Shown here: one piece after another, positions 39,422 through 53,827 of the stretch
How positions within the stretch are numbered: position 1 is the first letter of the stretch
How the letters are laid out: each line of letters starts with the position of its first letter
Origin: Eledone cirrhosa
Taxonomy: Eukaryota
Length of the DNA: 64,000 nucleotides
Assembly: GCA_964016885.1 (NCBI GenBank)
Contig: OZ024752.1
Location: 19,654,001-19,718,000, forward strand
Direction of reading: 5' to 3'
Translations under genes and position numbers: made by a program
The notes under the pieces: generated by a model
The model's input: the letters and a program-made list of their open reading frames with translations, nothing else
Told to the model about the DNA's origin: nothing
Databases searched by the model: none

Positions 39422-39507
<86 letters not shown>

Positions 39508-39509
<2 letters not shown>

Positions 39510-40201
39510 CATTTGTAGTTTTCCCCAAATTGACGGTTAAGTATTTTTTCTTGATTTTAAGATTGTATTACTTATCCCAAATCTGACGTTAAATATTTTT
39601 CATCTTGATGATATAGTCACTTATATTTCTGAAATATTGTTGTCTTTTGCTTACATTAATTTCTCTTACATTAATTTCTCTATTTTCATTTATATATTTA
39701 TACTCGGGGCTTTCCTGGAGTGCTTATTAATATTGTGACTAATCCCAGTTTTTTTTTTAAACTGCGATAATATTTCTTATGCTGAACTCCATATTTTTGT
39801 TGAGTTTTTTCGGAATGTTTCGACTGGTGTTTCTTGTAAACAGATTTTCGTCTCATCCCGGCATCACTAGCGTGTCCACGTGTGTTTTGTTATTTCAATT
39901 CTACACGCTGTTCGCTTGCCTGCTTTTAATCCCCCCCCCCCCCCCCCCAGCATTTTAGCAGTGTGTTTTAGTTAATGTTTTGAGCACTACTGAAGATCGA
40001 CCCAACCGTGACTAACCCAACTGAAAAGTTTCGTGAAATAGTGCATTTGCAGTTTTCCCCAAATTGACGGTTAAGTATCTTTTCTTGATTTTAAGATTAT
40101 ATTACTTATCCCAAATCTTACGTTAAAAGTGTTTCATCTTGATGTTATTGTCACTTATATGTCTGAATTATTGTCGGCTTTTGCTTACATTAATTCTCTA
40201 T

Positions 40202-40205
<4 letters not shown>
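39508..40205 (+). mobile_element. Element bounded by ~165-bp direct repeats (39508-39690, 40042-40205), possibly a Penelope pseudo-LTR remnant
   Basis: Direct repeats TGCATTTGYAGTTTTCCCCAAATT...; a degenerate CTGAAGA-T-CGA..TCG-T-GAAA motif precedes the second repeat. Confidence 0.5.
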
Positions 40206-40259
<54 letters not shown>

Positions 40260-41207
40260 CTGGCGTACCTAGCTTCGCTTGGATAAACAGACGATAAGCC
40301 GTCTTTATAGTATTGTATTACTGTTGAAAATATATAGTACTAGCAGAGGTACCCGGCGTTGCTCGGGTATTAAATACCAGTTATGTATACCATTTATGTC
40401 AATACTTCAGTGCTGCTTCGAAAAATATACTTTTACAAAATCATCGGCTTTTTCCAAAAGGGGGTTCCTGCCCCCAGGGGTCCCCTACTCAATATGTGCC
40501 AATTCACATTTATCTGTAGAACAAACGCAGCCCATGTGTCAAGTTTTGTGAAATTCGGTTGCGAACTCCAGAAGTCATGACGTTTTGTTGCATTGCACTG
40601 CAGTGCTTCAGTCGACTCCAAGAAAGCCGTTAAAGGAGGTTATCTTCCGGGAGGCCCTATAATCAATATCTGGAAAAATGAAAGTGCTCATGACCATCCG
40701 GAGTACATAAGTAACCTATGTCTTAAGTTTGGTGAAAATGCTGTAGAAATGCATAAGGCTTACACACACACGCACGTGCGTGCGTGCGAGTGTGTGTGTA
40801 TGTATTTGTGTGTGCGTATGTATATGTATGTGTATGTCCGTATGTACTGGCCTAAATCTTCACTATTTACTTTTACTATTTTAATAACCTCTGTCATTTT
40901 CGTTTTCAATTTTATTCACATCATTCTGAAACTCCGGGGCTGAAAATCATTCGGTTATTTTAAATAGAACATTAGTCTAACGACTCCATTTACACCATAA
41001 ACTTGATCTTGTCTTTGCATGAAATCGTTCTTCTCAGTCCACATAACGACGTATTATCCTCGCTTTTATTTTTCGTTCATTGCCAGGGAACGTCTTCACG
41101 AACCAAAATATCGTCTTCCTGTTTTCCTTCGGTTGCAATGTTTCCCGAAATATTTAATTCTGCGATTCTTTGCTTAAACTTTAATCTGTTCTTATAACAA
41201 ATATATA

Positions 41208-41384
<177 letters not shown>

Positions 41385-41689
41385 AGGGGGGAGACAGGGA
41401 GAGAGATGCTTTGTACGGCTTTTGGAGGAAGGAGTGGCCAGCAGTACGTTGTTCGGTATTATTACGAAAAGGTGTAGCAGAGAATCCCGCGTGAACTAAC
41501 AGCTTGGGAGGAAACTGCTTACCTCGAAGATTCATTCGCCATCGTTCTTGTCAACGCTTCGTTTACTTGGTATTTGTTGGTCTACAGTTAGATGAATGGC
41601 GCACAAAGGGTTAATGTTTATTGGCAAGAAGTTTTTTGAATAATAAAAGACGGGTTAAAGCAACCTACAATATATCTGTATATCTGGAA

Positions 41690-42460
<771 letters not shown>

Positions 42461-42715
42461 GCAATGACGTGTTCGTCAGAATGTCGTTATGCAGACAAGC
42501 AGACATACAGACAGATATTATAGGGGCTCGAAAGAGATCGATAACCGACGCCTAACACCCCTTTAATAACAGAAAATTGGCAGTTAGTATCTTTAGACCG
42601 CAAGGAATATATAAATGCAAGTTTGAAGTCAATCGGAGTAGAAATGTGGATTTGTATAGACTTTGCAAAAATGAGGACACACACACACAGACAACTACAG
42701 TTTTATATATATAGA

Positions 42716-42946
42716 TAGTACAGTATTACTGTTGAAAATATATAGTATAGTATTACTGTTGAAAATATATAGTACAGTATTACTGTTGAAAATATATAGT
42801 ATAGTATTACTGTTGAAAATATATAGTACAGTACAGTATTACTGTTGACAAGATATAGTACAGTACTACAGTTGAAAATATATAGTATAGTATTACTGTT
42901 GTAAATATATAGTATAGTATAGTGTTACCGTTGAAGATATATAGTA
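42716..42946. repeat. ~28-33-bp tandem repeat (AGTATTACTGTTGAAAATATATAGTAY)
   Basis: About 7 imperfect copies between two Helitron-like elements. Confidence 0.85.
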
Positions 42947-43566
42947 CTAGCAGAATGGCCCGGCGTTGCTCGGGATTTGCTCTAGGGTTCTTATATATTT
43001 GATATATATTTATCCTTATCGAGCCTCGTGAAATAAATACGTTTGTTTATATTTTGTTATTGTGTATGCATATATATATATATATTAAAATAACAGATTA
43101 AAGTTTAAGCAAAGAGTCGCTGCTTTCACCCTTAACGGGATCTTCTGAAACTAAAAAATTCAATCTGTGAACGCAGAAGTAAATATTTCGAAAAACGTTA
43201 CACGCACACACTATATATATATATATTCATATATATACACACTATATATACATATATACACACACACACACACAGCTACGTTATAATGTCGTAATGCAGA
43301 CAGCCAGGCATACACACAGATATTATAAGGGGCGCAACGTTATATCTATGTATCTATCTAAAAAGAGAAAGACTAAGAATTATAGAGAGAGATCGCTAAA
43401 TCGCCTAATGCAGTCCCTAGGGCATTGAAAAATTTGAAAAACCTTTTGCTCAAAACACTCACGGGACCATAAGTATTACATGTGTAAAGTTTGAAAACAA
43501 TAGGTTGGGTGGTTCTCGAGTTTTAGTGATTGGACAGACAGACATTCTCTGTTTTAGATATATAGA
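42947..43566 (-). mobile_element. Non-autonomous Helitron, both ends present
   Basis: Minus strand A|TCTATATATCTAAAAC ... CCCGAGCAACGCCGGG..GCTAG|T. Confidence 0.85.
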
Positions 43567-44099
43567 TAGTAAGTATTACTGTTGAAAATATGTACACGAA
43601 TATATAATTATATATATATATAATTAATTAAAAGTTGGTTAGAAGCGAAGTGAATGCAGACAGGCAGACACACAGACAGATATTATAAGCGCGCGACGTT
43701 ATAGCTATGTATCTATCTAAAAAGACAGAGTAAGAAAGAAAGAGGAATGTCGTATTATATATATTATATATAAAAAGTACCAGTAACGTACTGGGATATT
43801 TGGTGGCCTTGTGCCAAAAGTAGAAACACTTATACTTCTTTTTTATACAACTGTAAATAACATGTTTATGTATGTATACGTATAAAGGAATGGTGTAATA
43901 AATGTACAAATTAAACTGTCTCTTATGATACAAACACTATATATATATATATACAAATAAAATTATCGAGAATCGGAACTTCGGCCCACGAAATAACGAA
44001 AAACAATCTTCGAAATGTGCGGCAAAGTGCTCAATGGTTCGGATGAACCAGAGCTATAACTAACGTTTAATACCAACACACTGAGACGATGCTTAAACA

Positions 44100-44148
<49 letters not shown>

Positions 44149-44452
44149 ACACTATATAAACATATATAGCACATACACACAGATAGCGAAGTCAATGTAC
44201 AGAATGGTTTTCATAGTGCAGACAGCCAGACATACGAGAGACATATAAGAGCGCGACGTTATAGCTATATATCTATCCTAAAAAGGACAGACTAAGAAAG
44301 AGAGAGATCGCTAACCGGAAGTGTTGAAATTTGAAAATTTTTAAAGAAGTGAATATTTAAATAAAACAATTTAAAATATCTTTAATCTTTTAACGAAATT
44401 TAGTAGACAAAAATACCCTCAGCTTCTATTAATATATATATATATATATATA

Positions 44453-45317
<865 letters not shown>

Positions 45318-45845
45318 TATATCATCCAATCGTTGCTAGTAAAGAAACTTATGTTAAATGATAATGATACTGAGCCAATAATGAGTTGTATTCGGCAGAT
45401 AAACTCTACGCGATCCAAGGTGCTAGAAATAGAAGCCTAAAATCATATTCCAGTATCTTTAAAGAAAAAAAGAAAAACAAACGGAAGGACACACACGTGG
45501 TTGCGGCCTCCACTGGGGCACCACATTAAAGTCGATCGCATCAATGTATATATTTATTTTGAAAAAGTCTGATACTTATTTTATCCTATATGTCTATACC
45601 ACTAAGTTATTGTCCTGTAATTCTGGGGCGCCGTAGTAATTCTAGGGGCGCCGTAGGTAATTCTAGGGCATTTCTAAACCTGGCGGAGTCTCTCGCCATA
45701 TCTGAATATAGCAGAGAAAATAGGGAGAGAGAGGGGGGAAATGAGAAAGAGATATAGAGGAAGAATCGACTGGAACTTTTTTTTATCGAACTCAAAAGGA
45801 TTAAAGGCAAAGTAGGTCTTGGCGGGATTTGAACTGAGAGAATAC

Positions 45846-45905
<60 letters not shown>

Positions 45906-46278
45906 AAGAGAGAGAGATATTAGTAGGCTTTCACAGGCCCTCCGAGACCCGAGATCTCGATACCGTGTTTCTGTTCTGTTTAAATTGTTACAGTTCTGCA
46001 TCTGGGAAAATATGAGAGTTGGAAGGAAGTTTCCGATGTGTGTGTGTCTACTATCTACAGTTCTTCCTTGGCTACTCTCTATATATGCATGTCTAAGCTT
46101 GTTCCATTAACGCAATTCATTTCAAGCATGCACCACTTGACATCATTCGCTTCTTTACATTCCGGCTTATATCTGGCAGCCATCTTTTGTAAATGTATTT
46201 CTATCATAATAGACGAGGAGATAAAACACAAATACATATTTTAAACATTTATATTGATCTCTCTCTCTCTCTTCCTCA

Positions 46279-46315
<37 letters not shown>

Positions 46316-46343
46316 AGTACATAAGCGCAGAGAGAGAGAGAGC

Positions 46344-46475
<132 letters not shown>

Positions 46476-46476
46476 G

Positions 46477-47350
46477 TATTAGTAGGCTTTCACAGGCCTT
46501 CGAGACCCGAGAGATCGATACCGTTTCTGGGATGAGTTTGGCAGAAGTAGTAACACAACAGTTAGTTCACCATACCGAGAACAATTGTTTCACCTTAGCG
46601 GATCTTCAGCTCGGACTGGTAATGGTTATACGGAACAGGAAGAACAACCAGGCGATACAAAACCACGGGCGAAAGGTGTAAGGGAGATAACTGCGAGTGT
46701 CCGGAAAAATATGTTCGAGTTGATTAGAAAATTAGAATGTTGTTATTCAATCCGGAGCTTTGTAGTTATTCAAGAGGTGTTTCCAGACATGTGGACAACG
46801 TGAAATTTCATTGCTTGAATTTAGGCAATCGCTATTGCGTAATCACCTTAGAATATTTATCCTTTCTTCAATACACAGTCCACAAGACGGATTGCCCCTT
46901 GCGTATGGCTTGGACTTAGTGATGGCTTTCCATTGAATGAAGTAGTCTATTACCTGAGTCCTTGAGGGACCATACGTGGCTCGCGAGCTTCGTGGATGAT
47001 CGTTTGTCCAGGTACCTAAAGGTCGACTGATGGTTCAGGAAGCGTTCCTTAAATCGGCCCTCCGCCATACCCACATTGGATTTGACCTCTTGTGGTTGAT
47101 TTGGTCGGTTGGAAGTGACCACAGCTTCATAAACTACAGCGGATGTGTTACATTGGTGTTGAAGGGGACACGTTTCTGGCTTTCGGCAAGAGCATCCTGG
47201 TGGGGTGCCGCTCTTAGGACTGTTGGTGATGTAGCGCAGGAGTACCCTAGTTTTACTCTGTGTCTGTTAAAGATGGAGCGGTATTTGTGACTATGGGAAA
47301 GTGTCTATCATAAGTTTTAACGTGAGTGAGAAGGGAAGAGAGAACCATAT
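46477..47350 (-). mobile_element. Penelope-like element 3' fragment (degenerate GIY-YIG plus 3' region)
   Basis: VGMAEGRFKERFLNHQSTFRY..KRSSTKLASHVWSLKD; a hammerhead motif lies downstream of the ORF. Confidence 0.85.
46570..46619 (-). ncRNA. Minimal type I hammerhead ribozyme motif
   Basis: Minus strand: CCAGTCCGAG-CTGAAGA-T-CC(GCTAA)GG-T-GAAA-C-AATT-G-TT-CTCGGTATGG; stem I CCGAG/CTCGG; palindrome AACAATTGTT. Confidence 0.75.
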
Positions 47351-47353
47351 ATA

Positions 47354-47434
<81 letters not shown>

Positions 47435-47848
47435 TTGTACCCCAGTATTTGTGGGGTTTACGTTCCTAGAGCACCCACGAAGAACGAAAAACCGTGAATG
47501 CTGGACGTGGTCCATAAAAATACATATAAGCCTCAAAATATAACGTAAAACATATTTAAAAAAGAGGGAGCACCTTATGGGAAGGGGCATCCAATAGACC
47601 AGCAAATACGGTATATTGTTATCAATAATTTAGGGAATAACCGGGAAAATTCAGGGTATAACCGGGACCGCGAATACCGAGGTTACACTGTACATATAGT
47701 TCAAGGGGACAACAAACAGAGGTACAAAAAGACTTAGTTTCACGCTATATATATATATATATATATACAAATAAAATACAGAGTCACTAACTCATATTGA
47801 TACCCTGCAATTAACAAGCTCAAAGTATAAATACTGAGCATTATATAA

Positions 47849-48252
47849 TAATATATGTAGAAATAAACACAGAGAATTCTGTGTCTAAAATTACGAGGGT
47901 AGAAAATACCACAATTGTTTTATATATTTAATCTGAAACATACATAAGATATAAACATTTTTTCATAAGATATACATTTTTTTTCATATACAGACCGTAT
48001 CAATAACAATTGAAAGCCTACGGATTATCTGTTACAAACACAATTTTCAGGGTGAAACAGATTAAATCTCTAATCTGTCCGAGAGATGAAATAGTTATTG
48101 ATATGCTCTGTATATGAAAAATTTGTTATATCTTATGAAAAAATGTTTATATCTTACGTATGTTTCAGATTAAATATATAAAACAATTGTGGTATTTTCT
48201 ACCCTTGTAATTTTAGACACAGAATTCTCTGTGTTTATTTCTACATATATAT
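47849..48252. repeat. Foldback: ~165-bp inverted arms with ~80-bp spacer
   Basis: ATATATGTAGAAATAAACACAGAGAATTCTGTGTCTAAAA... mirrored at ~48090-48252. Confidence 0.9.
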
Positions 48253-48580
48253 ATTAAATATTTAGTTATTCAATTTTGCAGTCCTCTATATATATGTCTC
48301 TCCATATTTATTTTAATTAGATCTCTGTCGGTTTATATATTTTAAAAGGTTTAGTAATGGAGTTGCAAAACATACAATATACAGCTGCATAGAGATATTT
48401 TCATAATTTTTATACACACGCATTCACACATGCTTATCCACTATGTAACGTATTGTGTCCGCTCTGATATGATGATTCGTATTTGCAACATGCCATTTTT
48501 GTAAAATCATAGAGCGTGTGGAAATCGGCGACCCTAGGCGATATCTAATTGTCTGGCTCATTATTATTATTATTATTATT

Positions 48581-48770
48581 GGCGGTGGATTGGCAGTATC
48601 GGTAGAAAGTCGGACACCATGCTTTCCAGCATAGTTACGTCCCTTTACGGTCTGAGTTCAAATCCCGTCAAGGTTAACTTTGCCTTTCATCCTTACGGGG
48701 TCGATAAAATAAAGTACTAGTAATGCACTGGGTAATTACTGGCCTTGTGCCAAAAGTAGAAACAATTATT
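48581..48770 (+). mobile_element. SINE family A, full length, in (ATT)n
   Basis: GGCGGTGGATTGGCAGTATCGG ... GGCCTTGTGCCAAAAGTAGAAACAATTATT. Confidence 0.88.
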
Positions 48771-48781
48771 ATTATTACTAT

Positions 48782-49673
48782 CTCTCTAGGGCGGGTAAAA
48801 TTCCCGAGATCCATGGACGAGTTCTCTCCAGCGGTCTCTGTCCCTCAGTATCGCTGCCATGTCCTGCGTCGCCAACAGACCAGTGTCTGTCCTTAGGGCA
48901 TCAACATACATTAACTTTGGTCTTCCTCTTCCAGTGTGTCCATGTAGGGGCTCCCACAGGAGCACTGAGTGCAATGTCAACTCTGGATGTCGGTGAGCAT
49001 GTCCAGCTAACCTCAGTCTCCGCTCTGTCATTTTTGAGCTGACTTTTGGGAGGCTCCCATACAGCTCTGAGGTTTTCATCCTCAGTGTATACTGATTAGT
49101 GTTCAGAGCCATCCTCAGCATTCTCGTGTAGCACCCATCCACCATCTGAGTGAGTTTCTTGGTCAGTGTCCAAGTCTCAGACTCGTACAGCAGCACAGAC
49201 TCCACTACAGCAATGAAGAGGCGGATTTTCAGGTCTTTACTAAGGCCCGACTTCCACACCGATCTTAAGCTTTTTATCATCGTAGTGGACTATTGTATGC
49301 GCTTTGCACTGGAGAAACACCAGGACTCTGGCTTTACTGTAGCACCGGCTCAGAGCAGGAGAGTTAAGGCGAAAAAGGTATCAGATGCTGAATTTGCCGA
49401 CGACATAGTTTTGGTGACAAATACAGTGAAGGAGGCAGAGGATTTGATGCGGGAGGTTGAGACTGTGTCGATGAGTGTGGGGCTGATAATGAATGAGACT
49501 AAAACAAAATATCTGGTAGAGAATGTTGAGAAGCCAGAGGGGATCACTAATGTAGGCGGGAAGCCACTAGAATTGGTTGAGAGCTTCCTGTATTTGGGAG
49601 CAAAGATTGGGAATAGGGAAGATGATGTGGTTGAGAGGAAGAGCAAAGCCTGGGCGGCGTGCCACAGCTTGAG
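48782..49673 (-). mobile_element. RTE-clade LINE 3' fragment with 5' inversion and 11-bp TSD ATTATTACTAT
   Basis: The minus part encodes SLRSVWKS..KIRLF..VESVLLYESETW..GRGRP; the plus part encodes EFADDIVL..FLYLG..AWAACHSLR. Confidence 0.92.
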
Positions 49674-49678
49674 ATTAT

Positions 49679-49804
<126 letters not shown>

Positions 49805-50677
49805 TATTAGTACAGATTAAAGTTTAAGCAAAGAATTTCTGCGTTTCACCCTATACGGGATCTTCTGAAACTGAGAAAACTCAATTTGTAGATTATCGAA
49901 AGCCCTCTTCGGATAGCTTTTCTCCTCATTTTTTTTGTCAGTCGCTACATATGTATATGTATGTGTAGATGTCTGTGTGTTTAATAACGCACCTAATAAA
50001 CGCGCACACACACACTTATAGACACATACATATTCATATACAAAACGTGACATCATTGTGTTCTTTTCTATTGTTTTAATTCAAATGAAAATAAAAATTA
50101 TCACACATACACTCACACACATACACTCACACACATACACTCACAGACACATACACTCTCACATACACTCACATACATATACTAAGACAGACACTCACAG
50201 ACATACATTCACGTACACCTGTCCGTTGTCACATATGTATCTGTATGTGTAGATGTGTGTCTGTGTGTTTAATTTTCTGTACGTGAAGATAATGTATATG
50301 CAACTTACTAAGGCTATATGTATGTGTAGATGTGTGTGTGTTTAATTCTCTGAGGCCTAACGTACGTAACTAACTCGCAAACACACACACACACTCACAG
50401 ACACATACACACTCATATACAAAATGTGACGTCATGGTGGTGGTTGTTTATTATAGTTGACTATAGAAATATTATTTTAGATAAAATGTTATATTGTTTT
50501 AATCAAAATGAAAATAAAAATTACATGTTGACCCCCCCCCCCCTCCGGGGGGGTCTAATAGTATTACTGTAAAATTTGATTTGATTTGGTCCAGCCATTT
50601 GAGAATGCATAGGAACAGACAGACAGACACAAAGAATTTTATATAGACAGAGATATAATATAATATAAAATATATAA

Positions 50678-51176
50678 TCTATATATATAAAGTTGTAGAT
50701 CCTGTCTGTTTGTTTGTTCACGAACCTCTCCTGTGGTTTTGGAGATAGACTCCCATGACCATATATATTCTAAAACTACATTGCCCGAGGTACTTGAGTA
50801 AGTATATTTCATTTTAATCAAAGGGTTCCCCGGGGGCACAAAACCCTCGCTGAAAATGTTTTCCCTTCGATTTATATGAAATTTAAACCATAGGTAAATG
50901 ACAAGATATGATGTCTATTCACAAAAGTTTTGATTGATATTTTGAAAAAAAAATTATTTACAAGAAACAAAATAAGAATAAGATTTAATAATGTCATTTT
51001 GATTTGATATATTACAAAAAATAATGTTTTCTAAATTTTCATGCATTACATTTTACATTGAGTAATATTGAAATGCAGAGTTTTTCTCCATAAAATTATA
51101 TCACTGATTTAAAATCAATCATCATTTTCTTACAAAACAAAATGTGTGAAACGCAAGGCGCGGGTAATTCGGCTAG
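50678..51176 (+). mobile_element. Non-autonomous Helitron
   Basis: A|TCTATATATATAAAG ... GCGCGGGTAATTCGGCTAG|T. Confidence 0.7.
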
Positions 51177-51754
51177 TATAATATATAGTTGTTTCTACTT
51201 TTGGCACAAGGCCAGCAATTACCCCAGTGCATTACTGATACTTTATTTTATTTAACCTCGGCGGGTAAAGGGCCCAGAACGTAAAGAGCCATAACTCTAT
51301 GCTGCAAAGCATGGCGTCTGATGCTCTACCGATACTGCAAAAGGAAATGTTTGTCAGTTTTGAAGAGACACCGTTTGTTTTAAGTAACGTTGGGTATGAA
51401 TGATAGAAGGAAACTTTATTTTTATATCTTTCCTTTCTTACTCCAACATTCAGTCTGTCGAACTGTCATACCCAAACAACATAGATACAATTTATATCCA
51501 ATTACAGTGCTATTGTTTTCATGTGGGTTGTTTACATACATACAATGTCGGATTAAAGTAACAAGGTGCCCCGGACTACGGACTATTTACAGTCTCAAGC
51601 ACCTGCTAGCAAGAGACGCAATGGAAATTAAAAGTACATTAATATAGATAGGCCTACATTTGGAACAATGCTGAGATATATTCTAAATTTTGATAACGTT
51701 GCGTTTCATAGCTATATATACTCTTTTACCTGTTCCAGCCATCTGAAAATAATA

Positions 51755-51940
51755 ATTGTTTCTACTTTTGGCACAAGGCCAGCAATTACCCAGTACATTA
51801 CTGGTACTTTATTTTATCGACCCCATAAGGATGAAAGGGAAAGTTAACCTCGGCGGGATTTGAACTCAGAATGGCAAGGGCCGTAACTCTATGCGTCAAA
51901 GCATGGCGTCCGACCCTCTACCAATACTGCCAATCCACGC
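51755..51940 (-). mobile_element. SINE family A with TSD TGAAAATAATAAT
   Basis: Full-length copy with a flanking direct repeat. Confidence 0.88.
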
Positions 51941-52008
51941 CCTTGAAAATAATAATGCGATCTGACCAGGACATATATATATATATAGAGAGAGAGAGAG
52001 AATACAAA

Positions 52009-52653
52009 TAGCTGTGTAGTTGCTAGTTAAGGTAGCTTAAAATGGAGTGAGAATAAGAAGAAAGCAAGAACGGGGGTGGTTTCCTCATCAGTTGTCTACT
52101 GGGGGTCTCGGATATTTAAACGCTTTAGAGACAAGATATCTACCCCTAGAGCATTCAACAACTGGGTTAGTTATTGGGAAAACGGAGGAGGGAGGGAAAA
52201 TAGAAGGGAAAAGGGAAGAAAAGAGAAAACAGCGGAAAAAAACAACAACCCGAGCAATGTGCGAGCAACTTAAGGTAAGAAAATCCAAGACCACAGCGGT
52301 AACAGAACTTAAGTTGAAGAACGTGTGGGCGAACGAAAAGACACGTTTGACCCTAGCGAGTGTAAGTGAGAAAAGGACTGCTAGAGGGTCAGGCGAGGGA
52401 AACAATAGGGTGGCTGGCGGAGAGAGGATGAGTGAAAGTGAGAGGGAGAAAGGGAGAGGAAGAAAGAAGGGTAAGAGTAGATAGTAACGAAATAGGTAGA
52501 TAGAAGGAGAGAGAAGACTGATCACAGCGAAACATGATAAAATATATGGAGGATAGGATTGGCTGTGTAGTTGCTAGTTAAGGTAGCTTAAATGGAATGA
52601 GAATAAGAAGAAAGCAAGAACGGGGGGGGGGGGGTTTCCTCATCAGTTGTCTA
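52009..52653. mobile_element. Unclassified element bounded by ~90-bp direct repeats
   Basis: GCTGTGTAGTTGCTAGTTAAGGTAGC...TTTCCTCATCAGTTGTCTA at ~52011-52098 and ~52562-52653. Confidence 0.55.
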
Positions 52654-52844
52654 ATATATATCCTGTGTTAAATCGGGGGTAACCACAATGACTAACGTAC
52701 TCAATACATTACTAGAGTGAAAACAAAGCATTTCAAATAGAAATGGCTTCTACGAGACTAGAACTGTTTCATTCGTATGAAATCATTAGGAAAGCGCATT
52801 CCTGATGATTTCTTACGAATGAAACAGTTCTAGTTATGTAGAAG

Positions 52845-52883
<39 letters not shown>

Positions 52884-53186
52884 TGTGTGTGTGTATTTGT
52901 GCGTGTGTGTGTGTGTTTAAAAGTGACAACAAACATAAAATATCCATTGCCGTCCTCCGGGGAAACGCCTTCTCCATTCTGTCCACCGGGGCTGTGGGTG
53001 GGCCCCATCGCGTACCAATACATTAGTTAAATACCATTCTTTCATCTGATACAACACAATAAAGTCGTGTAATGACGTATAAAAAAAATAAAATAAAAAA
53101 AAGCAAGAAGATAGTCTTAACGTTTCGGGCACTTTATATATATATAAAGGAACAGGCTTAACCCTGTGTAGATCCAGTACTCGATA

Positions 53187-53256
<70 letters not shown>

Positions 53257-53625
53257 CACACACACACACGAAAGTACGTAGCCTAGTGTTTAGGGTTCTG
53301 GTCTCATGATCATTAGATCGTAGGTTCGATTTTTGGCCAGGGAGGCACATTGTATTCTTCAGCATGACACTTCATTACAAGTTGCTATTTATGATAGAGC
53401 TGAGGGTCCCCTGTCATTAAAGCACTTTAGAAACCTCCTATGAGATGCAGCTTTGTATGAGGCCTGATGGGGGCCCTATCCTTAAAGCACTTAAGAAACC
53501 TCCTATGAGATGCAGCCTTATATGAGGCCAGCTAAACCTGCATAAGTGTGAGCTGTACATTTTGTTATTGAGCATTTCATATGTGCTCGAAGAAATCTAT
53601 GGAGTTTATGATAAAATATACTTAC

Positions 53626-53696
53626 GTTATGAGAAAGAAGACGGGGGCGGCAATAAAGACGACAATGGGTAACAGCCAGAGCTTCTGACCCCACAT
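53626..53696 (-). CDS. DRAM: DRAM/TMEM150 (Frag1/DRAM/Sfk1) family gene, first coding exon (MWGQKLWLLPIVVFIAAPVFFLI+AC)
   Basis: Minus strand reads tttatttctccag|TAGGTC...ATG TGG...ATA AC|gtaagta. The exon starts at ~53737, an in-frame TGA lies upstream of the ATG, the peptide is a hydrophobic TM segment, and the phase-2 end joins the next exon correctly. Confidence 0.9.
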
Positions 53697-53827
53697 CCTG
53701 CATGTTTGCTTGCATTGGTCAAATCAAGAACGACCTACTGGAGAAATAAAATATATTAGATATATGTAGTTATAGATATATAGATATAGTTATAGATATA
53801 TAGATATAGTTATAGATATATAGATAT

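Noticed and set aside
39985-40060. Functional hammerhead
   Set aside because: Core boxes and a short stem II are present, but stem I/III and the NUH site cannot be formed consistently; degenerate at best.
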